A stretch of 64,000 nucleotides of DNA from a virus. Taxonomy: Duplodnaviria; Caudoviricetes. Below are positions 52,257 through 62,081 of the stretch, one piece after another. The position numbers were made by a program, and so were the translations under genes. Each line of letters begins with the position of its first letter. Within the stretch, counting starts at the first letter, position 1. The notes beneath the pieces were generated by a model. It made no database searches. It worked only from the letters and a program-made list of their open reading frames with translations, and was not told the origin of the DNA. The stretch spans positions 1 through 64,000 of the IMG/VR virus record IMGVR_UViG_3300044694_000082, one strand, 5' to 3'.

Positions 52257-52363
52257 GGATCGCCGGAAACTCTGACGGTCGGCGCGCTTGAGCTGACGTC
52301 GGCGCACGGTGAGGTCACGTCGGCGCAGGGATATGCGGTCGCGGCGGGTGGCTCGGCGGGTCA

Positions 52364-52822
52364 TCAGTCCTCCGTGGTCTCGTACAGGGCAACGGTCTGC
52401 CCCAGGTCGGTCATGATGCGGGTCAGGGTGACGCGCTCACCCGCGAGGTTCGTGTCGTCCCAGCGCCAGACCATCCAGCCCCGGGCCAGGGCCCATGCGG
52501 TCCCCGCGTTGATGTGCTCGGTGCTGCGGTAGGTGGTGCTGCGCCAGCGCTGAGCCGGAACCGAGCCCAGCAGGCGAAGGCCAGCGGTGTCGGCGAGTTC
52601 CACGCGGAAGCGCAGGCCGGTGGCCACGTGGTGGTAGGTGATCCCCTTTGTGGCGCGAGCCACGGCCATGCCCACCTTCACGGCCTCCCGTTCCGTGGTG
52701 CCCGGGACTGTCTCCTTCACTGCGGAGGCCACGGCCACGACGACCTGAGGGCCGTACAGCAGTTCCGGGGTGGTGGTGCGCGTGCCGTCGGGGCGGGTGA
52801 TGTGCAGAACGAAAGCGAACAT
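52364..52822 (-). CDS. Hypothetical protein
   Basis: CACCACCCGACAAGGAAGG leader; 152 aa. Confidence 0.7.
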   Translation of the reverse strand: MFAFVLHITRPDGTRTTTPELLYGPQVVVAVASAVKETVPGTTEREAVKVGMAVARATKGITYHHVATGLRFRVELADTAGLRLLGSVPAQRWRSTTYRSTEHINAGTAWALARGWMVWRWDDTNLAGERVTLTRIMTDLGQTVALYETTED

Positions 52823-52849
52823 GACGGGCCTTCCTTGTCGGGTGGTGCG

Positions 52850-53308
52850 TGTTCCGACCTGTTCCGACCCCCGGAACAGGCCACGGCCAGCGAAGGTAAC
52901 GAACCGATAACGCGTTACCGTTTCGTGATGTTCAAGGTCACGGTTAGGTCACGGCCAGGGAGCGGGGCTCGACCTGGCAGGGAGCGGTGAGGGGGTGGTG
53001 TTCCGAGGGTGTTCCGACCCTGTTCCGGGTCTGTTCCGAGGGGGTCGGAACAGTGTTTTCCCAGGTCAGTGGTGCTTTGTTCCGAGTGTTCCGAGTGTTC
53101 CGAGTAGGAATACAAGTCTTCTAACGCGAGAGGGGTATGTAACGGATGTATATAGGTCACAGATACGTAACGCACACGTACGTATATAAGGGAACCTTCG
53201 AAATACCCGGAACACTCGGAAACCTCGGAACACTTGCGGTCTGACCTGCGAGGATGCTGTTCCGACCCCTCAGAACACGGGTCGGAACACCCCGGAACAC
53301 TCGGAACA
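52850..53308. repeat. Iteron-like TGTTCCGA octamer cluster in dyad arrangement around an AT-rich core; putative replication origin
   Basis: About 19 exact or near-exact octamers. Forward at 52850, 52860, 52999, 53010, 53021, 53032, 53078, 53087, 53096, 53258. Reverse at 52871, 53045, 53207, 53216, 53225, 53270, 53282, 53292, 53301. AT-richer core at about 53105-53205. Confidence 0.75.
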
Positions 53309-53357
53309 GCGGGCCGGAAGCTGGCCGCGTCAACCCGGGTTGTCCTACCGTCCGGAC

Positions 53358-53873
53358 ATGAGCACGATCATGGGACGGGCCGACATAGAGCGGCTGTGCT
53401 GGACGTTGTCCGGCTGGAAGGTCGATCAGCGGAGTGTCGATGAGTTGCTGGCCGCGATCGACGGCTATGTGACGGGCGCGGGGGCGCCCTGGCCTGAGGG
53501 GGGCGCGGGGGGCGCTGTACGGCCCGCAGACGGTGCGGAGCATGCTCCGGCGACCATTGACCCGGTCGAGGGCGTTTCAGGCCCGCAGGTGGCCGCTCAG
53601 CCGCTTCGGATCGTGGTTGAGGTCACCGGGACTGTGACGACGGTCCCGGCACCTGCCACCCGCCCCAGCCGACCGGTGAAACCACGTGCCTCGCGCGCCG
53701 CGACGGTAGTCCCGGCCGATCCGAAGCACTGCACACGATGCAAGCGGCACCGACCCCTGACGGAGTTCTCCAGGGATTCCAAGGCACTCGACGGCTACCG
53801 CTACGCGTGCAAACAATGCGAGAGCGAGCGACGGCGCGCGAGTGAGGCCGCATGCAGGGAACGGACAGCCTGA
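53358..53873 (+). CDS. Hypothetical protein with C-terminal zinc finger
   Basis: KHCTRCKRHRPLTEF..DGYRYACKQC; one of two convincing plus-strand genes. Confidence 0.75.
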   Translation: MSTIMGRADIERLCWTLSGWKVDQRSVDELLAAIDGYVTGAGAPWPEGGAGGAVRPADGAEHAPATIDPVEGVSGPQVAAQPLRIVVEVTGTVTTVPAPATRPSRPVKPRASRAATVVPADPKHCTRCKRHRPLTEFSRDSKALDGYRYACKQCESERRRASEAACRERTA

Positions 53874-54175
53874 TGGCGATGATCAAGCGGTACGGGGAAC
53901 TCCCCGCCGTGTTCGTCCCTGACGAGGGGGAAGTGGTCATCGCCTCCCGCTCACCAGCCGGGCCGTTCCTGCGGGCCGCCATCACCAAAGTGCGGCGCGC
54001 CCGTGACGGCTTCATACGGGTCGACTTCGTGTGGCTGGAAGCTGCGCCGTATCAGCACAACGGCAAGCCGATCAGTCCCGGCGACAAGGGACACGTCTAC
54101 GTGCGCCGGGATGACCGTGTGCCGCTGATCCGGCGCGTACCGGCCGAACCTGCCGACCGGCCTAAAGCTGTGTGA
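53873..54175 (+). CDS. Hypothetical protein
   Basis: TGATG coupling to 53358-53873. Confidence 0.7.
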   Translation: MAMIKRYGELPAVFVPDEGEVVIASRSPAGPFLRAAITKVRRARDGFIRVDFVWLEAAPYQHNGKPISPGDKGHVYVRRDDRVPLIRRVPAEPADRPKAV

Positions 54176-55103
54176 CGTTCAGGTGGTACGTCACCGTGGG
54201 GCCGAATGGCTGTCCCACGGGGAAGGACTTCAGCCCGATGTTGCGCAGCTTGGGATGGAACGTGGCTGTATACATCAGACGGGTCGTCGATTTGTCGTCG
54301 ATGATCCAGAGTGCCTTGCTGCCGTAGGGGAACACGTCCAGTCCCCGGAGCACTTCCATCTCGACCCCGACGAACCCGTCATCGGACGGCGGCCAGAGAA
54401 TCTCCTCCAGCATGACCACGTCTTGTCTGCGTGCTGGGGTGTGGTTGTCCAGTTCCACATAGGCGCGGTAGTTCGCGGTCACCGTGGCGCCCGTCGGGTA
54501 GACGTAACCGACCGGCCGCATCTCGCGTACCTCACTCATGATCATGTCCTCTCGCTGAGTCCTGTGCAGACAACAGGGCGCACGTTCCCGTCAGGGATCA
54601 TGCGCCCGATGCGTGCACGGCTCAGACGTTCTTACGCGCGGCCTCCTGTGCGGCCAGCTCATCCGGGGTGATCACCCGGACGCTCGGCCACGCGTTGATC
54701 GTCGGCGACGTGGACGTGTCCATGTGCCAGTCCATGAACGTGACCTTGCTGCCCTTGGGCACCTCCGCCTCGACGGCGCGGATAACGGCCCGCCTCACTG
54801 CGGCCCGATCGTCGCTGTTGACGTTCCACCAGGCGCGTGCCTTGTGAATCCAGCCCGGTCCCGCAGAACGGTCGGCCGGTCCGGCGTACTCAACGATCAT
54901 GACTGCGTCTCCTCACTGCCCGCGCACCCTGCGCGCTGGCATGTCACCGTGATCTTGCGCCCCGACTGGTAGTGCTCGATCGAGAACGGGCCCTTGATCC
55001 CGCACCCGGTCCGCGCGTTGCTGATATTCGAGTAGGCCCAGCCGTCACGGATCTTGTGCGTGGCGCCCTTGCCGGTCACCCGGGCAACGTACTGCGCTTC
55101 CAT
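54162..55103 (-). CDS. Hypothetical genes 54162-54545, 54622-54900, 54897-55103
   Basis: RBSs (GAGAGGA, AGGAGAGG) and an ATGA overlap. Confidence 0.65.
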
Positions 55104-55314
55104 GATCAGTCCCTCTCCTGGGGTGCATTCTTTCGAGCCTGACACGTCATGTCACCCTGTGTGACGACATGGGGTGTCGCGACGGGGTCGCGATCAACCT
55201 AAAGGGTGTTTGTTTCACGGATGAACAAACGATCAACCCTCAACCTCAGGTTGAGACTTTGAGGCCGGGCCGGGGCGCAGTGCACGCCCCGGTCCGCCGT
55301 GCGTGTGTAGGGGT

Positions 55315-55857
55315 TCAGCCCTTGCACAGAACCTCGGTGTTGATCTTGCTGCCCAGGTAGTAGACCTCCACCCAGCATCCATGCTTGTGGGGCAGGGTGC
55401 GCAGGTTCACGGAGGCCAGACCGGATACGGGGTCGTTGTAGCCCATGCGCAGGCAGTCGCCCTGTGCCGTGTCTGCCACCCAGGCGTTCATGGCCTTGTT
55501 GTTGCGGTACGTGTCGTATGTCATGTCCGTGACCAGTTCGGTTGCCCAGGCGCGGACGCCGCCGTGGCGGGGGGCGTTGGCGCAGATGCTGCGGCGGGTG
55601 TTCATGTCGTCGTGGGTGCGGCGACTGCCCTCGGGGGTGGAGTACCACAGAGCGGCGGCCTGGGCGCGGGTCCCGGTGGTGAGGCAGGCGCGGTCGTAGG
55701 CGGGATCGCCCCGGTGGCCGTGGTGGGCGCAGTCGTAGGCCACGTGGGCGGGGGCGGGGGGTGTCGATGCGTCGGCGGGGGTGGTGGTGGCGAAGGCCAG
55801 GGTGAGCAGTCCCGCGCCGATGCCCGCGAACGCGCGCCGAATGACGTTGAGGTTCAT
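55315..55857 (-). CDS. Putative secreted Cys-containing protein
   Basis: Signal peptide MNLNVIRRAFAGIGAGLLTLAFATTTPADA with A-x-A cleavage site; GACAAGGAAG leader. Confidence 0.75.
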   Translation of the reverse strand: MNLNVIRRAFAGIGAGLLTLAFATTTPADASTPPAPAHVAYDCAHHGHRGDPAYDRACLTTGTRAQAAALWYSTPEGSRRTHDDMNTRRSICANAPRHGGVRAWATELVTDMTYDTYRNNKAMNAWVADTAQGDCLRMGYNDPVSGLASVNLRTLPHKHGCWVEVYYLGSKINTEVLCKG

Positions 55858-55984
55858 GTCACTTCCTTGTCTGGTGGTGCAGGGTTACCGCCCAGGTGTT
55901 GAGCCGGTACCGGGCGCGCACGGCTATTGACACGAGTCACCCCGTGCCGGGCCGTGCACCCCGGAGATCGGATCACCCCCTAGG

Positions 55985-58098
55985 TCAGGTGGTGGCGCAG
56001 TCCGCGCACCATTTGTCACCACTCGTGTGTCGCGCGCATGCGTAGCAGTGTGTGTCCGCCACGCATCCCTCCACCGTGCACGGACCGTCATCGGGTGTGC
56101 TGGCCTGGTCGTCTGCTTCGGCCGCGATGGTGTCGCAGTCGCATCCCTCCCCGTTCAGGTGGCCGCACGGCAGGTTGAGAGACCAGGCCGCGCCGATACA
56201 GGGAATGGAGTACATGACATCTCCGGGCGGAGGTGCCAGCTCGGCCAACCGCACACGCACGGTGTGCGTGGTCGCGCACTCGGCGTCATCGGGGTCATCC
56301 ATGAACTCGACCAAGTACGCCCCGCAGCACCGCCACACGAGACGTACGCGCCCGTACAGGCCGGTTTCGGGAACGTGGACCGGACGGCCAGGGTCGGCCC
56401 ACGCAGGACCGTCCAGCGCACCGAGGGGCGCGCCATCGGTGTCACACTGATGAATGCTGTAACTGCCCATGTGTGTCTCCCTTACTGAGTAGGCCAGGAC
56501 CGGGCGGCCTGACGCAACGCACGTGCCCGCAGGGGGCCGTGCGCTGCGACCACTGCCCGGGGGCCGGGTCACTTGCTGGCCTTGCCGTTGCCCTGACGGG
56601 CCAGACGCGCGGCCATCCGACGCTGAGCCGTGGCACAGGCCCGGTAGCGACGCTGAGCAGCCTTGGTGCGCTTGGCAGGCTCACGCTGCACAGCCTCATG
56701 GTCGAAACGCTCCCGACCCAGGTTCCCGGACATCGTGTTGGAAACCGGCTTGTCGCCCTTGCGTTCACGCGGTCCGGTGATCTTGGTAGCGTCCATGGCG
56801 CGGCCACGGACCAGGACCGGACCCCGACCGTGACCGGTCGTCACCACCGGGTCGGCAACGCCACCCATGGGCAGCGGCTCTTGCCCAGCGCGGATCTTGG
56901 CACCCATGATCTCTCGGCGGAGCATGGCGTCACGGGGGTCACCGACGCGGGCCCCCTCGTCCGTGAGCGGAACCTGAGGGCCCTCCCCCAGGTCAATCGG
57001 CACCTTGTGCGCGGCCACGAAACCCTTGCCAGTCAGCTTGACCTTGGGTGCGCGGCACTCCGGGCACGACCCGTCAGGGTTCGGCTTGCGCTTCAGCTTG
57101 CCAGTGATCTTGCAGTTCATGTTCATGATCGTTTCTCCCTCATTTTCCATTGACGGGTCGGGGCGGGGGTTGACGCACTCCGGCCGAAACCGGGGGTTGA
57201 CACACTCCGCCCCGACGCACTGTCTTGCGACCCGTTCGCTAAGCGTCCGGGCCTTGCCCCAGGGAACGGCTTGCTAGGCCGCACCCCGGAGAAACGTTGG
57301 CGTATCCCTGGACACACTCCCGCGTAGCATGCGCACGACTCCCGTCGCTGAACGCTTAGCCCTCACGCATCTCACAGGTACCGACGCACTCCGAAAAACC
57401 GGGGGTCGGGCCGCTCGACCGTGGGCAGGGGGTCCCGAGCACAGGACGCACCTGTGCTTACAAGGGATCTTGACTCACTGTTCAGTTAACAATGGGCACG
57501 ACGTGCCCGCGCATGTCCCGACCAAGGGACGTTCTGTCGACGCACTCACCCTCCGGGGAGGGCGGGGTCAACCGCCGTCGGTAAAGCTGGGGGTGACACG
57601 TGGTCACCATGGGAACCGGTACAGGACCGGCACCCGTGGCAACCCCGGTAACCGGGGCGCCCCGTAGGGCTAGGCAGAGACGCTCTCCCTGTGCGCCCGT
57701 TCCATGGTCATCAGGGTCATGGCCAGGTCACGGAGGGACTGGAGGCCCAAGGCTCCGGCATCGGCCAGCATGCTGGCCAGGGTGTCGGGGGTGGACTCCG
57801 ACAGGCGCACCATGGCGTCGAGTGCCAGCCTGCGCTGGCGTCCCGTCATGCCCTCCGCCCCACCCTGGCCCTTGTCGATCATGGACCAGGCTTGCAGGTA
57901 GGCGCCCGACTCGGCCAGGGTGGGGACCGGGTACGGGTCACGCCCCACGCTGGCCACAGCGTCGATCACACGACCCAGCTTGGTGAAGTGATCATCCTCG
58001 GACTCGCCCGGGGTGGGGATCATCGACGGAGCCTCATTGATCACCATCTTGGGGCGCCTGGCGATCTTGCGCAGCACGGAGCTAGGGCTGGCCTTCAT
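55985..58098 (-). CDS. Hypothetical genes 55985-56470 (Cys-rich), 56569-about 57126 (basic, CxxC), 57670-58098
   Basis: RBS-preceded ORFs separated by long intergenic stretches. Confidence 0.6.
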
Positions 58099-59033
58099 GA
58101 TCTTGATCCTCTCGGTCGGTCCTGCGGTGGTGGTGCCCGGGGCCGGTGGCCCCTTCTCTCTTGCTCTGCCCCTAGTCTACACCCTGACGGCCCGATTGGG
58201 GCACGGAAAGGGCACGAGGAGGTCACGGTTAGGTCACGACTGGATGAGCGGGGTGGTGCTCAGATGAGCGCTCACATGATCGATGAGCCGCTCACCTGAG
58301 CGGAGGGGATTAAAGATGCAAATCGGACATCTCTGACAATTACCTCAAAAGCGTACAAATCGGGCGGGTCGGTACCGTGAGAAATATATGGGTCAGTACA
58401 ACCTATAGCGATCCCGACAAATGCCACATATCACCCCGGCCCCCTCCGGTGCTTCCCGCCCACCTCGATCACCACGTGCGGACACCCCGGACACGAGTAC
58501 AGCCGCTGCGTGCCGATCCACCGCCAGCCCAGCCACCACAGCTCCTTGTAGCCCCCAGGACCGGGCTCGGGCAGCAGGACACCACACCGTCTGCAGTGAG
58601 GCCCCTCAGGGCCGCTGTGGCCGCTCATGGCCGCCAGGGTAGAGGATGCCGTCCGGGTCCCGCCGTCGGACGGCCGCTCCAGGGTCACCGGCGCCCGACC
58701 CTCCAACAGATCCACCGACACCGGTACATGGCGAGAGCTACGTGAGGCGCGTGCTGCGCAGTCACGCACGGGACGCCTCTGTCCAGCAGGTTACCGCGAG
58801 CATCGTCTGCACACCGTAGAATTCCTGCCCGCGGCGGCTACCGGAACAGCCGCCGTCCCGCCTTCCGCCCGGCTCCGTGCTCTGGTCGCCGGGCGGTCGT
58901 GCGTTTGCGGCCGGGCAACCCCCACGCTTACGGCGGTCCAGCGGCCGTCATGCCTGCCGGGCCCCACGCTTACGGCGGCGCGAGCCCGTCGCATACGGCG
59001 GCTCCTACGGTATTGACGGATCGGGTTATCGCC

Positions 59034-59266
59034 TCATGCCGCTGCGGGCTCCTCGCCCCACAGCCGCTCCATCAGCACCGAGCCGATGTGGCCGTGTTCG
59101 GCAAGGTACTCCAGCGCGTCGCCGTGGATGAAGGTGACGCCTTCTGGGCGGTTGCGTGCGGGGATGGGGCGGATGTCGACGCCGGTGACGTCGAACCCGC
59201 CAGCTGGTAGCCGTACCCGGCACCGTACTGGCCGCAGAACAGGTCCAGCAGGCGTGGCCGTGACAT
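59034..59266 (-). pseudogene. Remnant of a phage C5 DNA methyltransferase (frameshifted, internally deleted)
   Basis: MSRPRLLDLFCGQYGAGYGYQLAG in one frame continues as GFDVTGVDIRP...FIHGDALEYLAEHGH in another, then jumps to a C-terminal-like IGSVLMERL. No PC catalytic motif. Confidence 0.75.
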
Positions 59267-59348
59267 GAGAACACCCCCTGCGATCTTTGATTCGATCGTA
59301 GGGGGTGCAATGTGTCTTGTAATCCAAGACGCCAGGGCGCGGAGGTGG

Positions 59349-61885
59349 TTAAGAATCCACGGCCTCGGGCTCGATGTTCAGTACTGCGGCGCTGGGCGAG
59401 TGGACGATCAGCCCCTCGGGGTAGCGCACGAGGAACCAGCCCGGCGGCAGCGCGACCGGATCGCCCTCGGCGTTGTGCACGGTCAGGCGGTCGCCGTGGA
59501 CGGTGATGAGGTCCTGGCCGATCCACTCACGAAGCTCCGGGGTGATGCTGCCCGGCCAGACGCGGACGTCCACGAGCTTGCGGGTGGTCCAGTGCAGGCC
59601 GTCGGGGATGTGGGTGGTGGTCGTCATGATGTCGTTCCTTGTCATCGAAGACGCCGCTCGGGCGCCCTGTTACGAATCAGAGGTGCGGGGTGGGGTGTGG
59701 CCTGTCTTTGCGGCGTCCACGGGGATGAACAGGCAGCCGTACATGTCGGGGTGATTCTCCCGCAGGTGCGCCTGCTTCTGCGCCTGGCCGCCGGTGACGA
59801 CCGGCTCGGTACAACCGGCGGCCCCGCACATGAAGGTACCTGTCTCCTCGGTCATGGCTGTCTCCTCGGTGCGCAGGGTCAGTTCCTCCAGGCGTGCGGC
59901 GAGGTCGCCCTCCCACCGGCTGGGCCACCGGGCCTGGATCATCGCCGCGGTGGCCCGCAGCTCCTGGCTCACCACGGCTTGCCCTCCGGGTACGGCAGGG
60001 CGTGCCAGGTGCCGTCCTCGGCGCGCTGGCGCTGGGTGTAGCGCTGGCCGTCGTCGTCCCAGCGCAGGAAGCCGCGCCCGTGGTCGCCGTCGTGTCCGGC
60101 CCGGATCGCACAGGTCACCGTCTCGATGCCATCCGAGATCGAGGATGTGCAGACTGGTGTCCAGCCAGGCGCTCCGAACCGCTTGGTGCACGGCTCGCAG
60201 AGGCACAGGCCGTCGTGCCCGTCGTCGAGGGTGCACCAGCAGTCCCCGGTCTTCCACACGGTGCCGTCGGGGGCGGTGATCTGCGGAGGGGGTTCGGAGG
60301 CGCACTCCTCGACGGCTGCGATTCCGCAATACACCTCGGGGGTGACGAGAGGTTCCCCGGTCACGGCGTGATCCTGATCGCGGCCAGCTCGACGTCGCGG
60401 TGTATCTGGTCGTACAGCTCCTGCAGGCGCTGCATGGCCTTCATGTCGGTGCGCTTCAGGGCGTTGCGGGCGGACAGCGGCAGCTCGCTCCAGCACTCGT
60501 AACACAGGTACATGTTCTTGCCCTTGACCGCTGTCTCGCAGGCAGGGCACATCGTGCTCACCATCGGTCGCATCCTTTCGAACAGGCGCCGCAGTAGGTC
60601 CGGCAGGTACGGCATGGGCAGCCGCACTTGGAACGGGTGAAGTGTTTGCGCAGCCAGCGCACCGCCCGCTTGCGCCAGGTCGGCCGCTGGACGAGGTGGC
60701 GGATGTCGACGGGCCCGTACGACATCCTGCTCACGACATGCCGGGCGGTTCGTTTTTCGGGAGGCTCTTGCTCTTCCATTTCTGCACCTGCTGGGTGTCG
60801 GCTGGTTCTAGGCTGTTCACGTTGTTGCCGATCGAGTCACCGGGAGAGTCTTGTGGTCATCCAGTCCGTGCCGCGCCGTCGGCCGTCCGTCATCGCCGCT
60901 GTTGCCACGCCGCTGACGGCTGCTCACACCGTGGAGCGTCAGCCTGCTGTGCAGCGGGTCCTGGACGGCAAGGAGTCGCCCGGCCGGGAGCCGCGGCGGC
61001 CGGTCACTTTCGACTCGGCGATCTGACGCGGCCGGACGTCACTCCCAGACCTCGTAGAACCAGGTGTCGGGGGTGACGTCCACGCCGTGGTTCTTCTTGG
61101 CCATGTCGCTCAGGTGGGTCCGCATGACGTCCAGCAGGGTCTTCACCTCGGTGTCGTCGAGGGAGAGCCACCACTCGCGCGGCACCGGCCAGCGGTCTTC
61201 CAGGCGCCAGCCCGGGTAGTCGCTGTTGCGCCAGCGGAAGCCGAGCATCTCGTGCTCGGCCAGGTCCCGACGCCACTCTTTGAATCCGGTGAGCCAGCCC
61301 AGCTGGCGGTGCACGGTGCGCATCATCCAGCGGCGGGCGGCCTGGTGGTAGGCGGTGGTGTGCAGCAGCCAGTCGGAGCCGCCCCACTGCCGTCGCAGGC
61401 CGCATTCCTCGCAGACGTCATTCACGTGTCGTATCCCCGGGGTCCGGTCCATTCGGTGAAGCGGTTCAGCGGCAGGATCCGGACGTTGCGCTGGCCGGTC
61501 CACCGCCACAGGCCGCGGTGGGTGAATCCGTCGCCCGCCCAGTACCAGTTGCGTCCCAGGCGGTACATGGGGCTGCTCACTCTTCCTCGCATTCGTGGTC
61601 GTCGATGCTGATGATGTCGCCGTCCTCGGTCATGAGCGTGGGTCCGTCTTCCTTGGTCCACCAGGCGTCGCCGGATGCCCCGCAGCTTCCGCACTCCCAG
61701 CGTCCGGCGATGGAGATGCCGCCGTAGCCGCCCGGGGTGTCGCCGCGCAGGTGACGGCGTTCGCACTCGTTCTCCTCGGGAACGGTCATGTGCGGGAGTT
61801 CGCAGATCTCGACGGGAGTGCTCCTGGTCATCATGTGGTCGATGTCCTCTTCGGTGAGGTCGGTGTCATCGGGTTCAGTGCTCAT
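59349..61885 (-). CDS. Run of small hypothetical genes: 59349-59645, 59670-59855, 59969-60364, 60361-60627, 60558-60779, 61039-61425, 61577-61885
   Basis: Coupled short ORFs, several with CxxC motifs; starts approximate. Confidence 0.55.
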
Positions 61886-62081
61886 ACGGTGATGTGGTGC
61901 CATCCGTCGCACAGCTCGCAGGGTTCCTCGGGGACGTGGGTCATGGGCCTGTTGACGGCGCCGGGGCGGGCGATGGCGTTGAACGCGAGAGCGCGGCTGG
62001 CGAAGCGGTACCCCTTGGAGCACGTCTGCCGCTGGCCGAGGGTGCGGGCCGGGTAGCGCAGGGCGGGGCGGGGCCGTCGGC

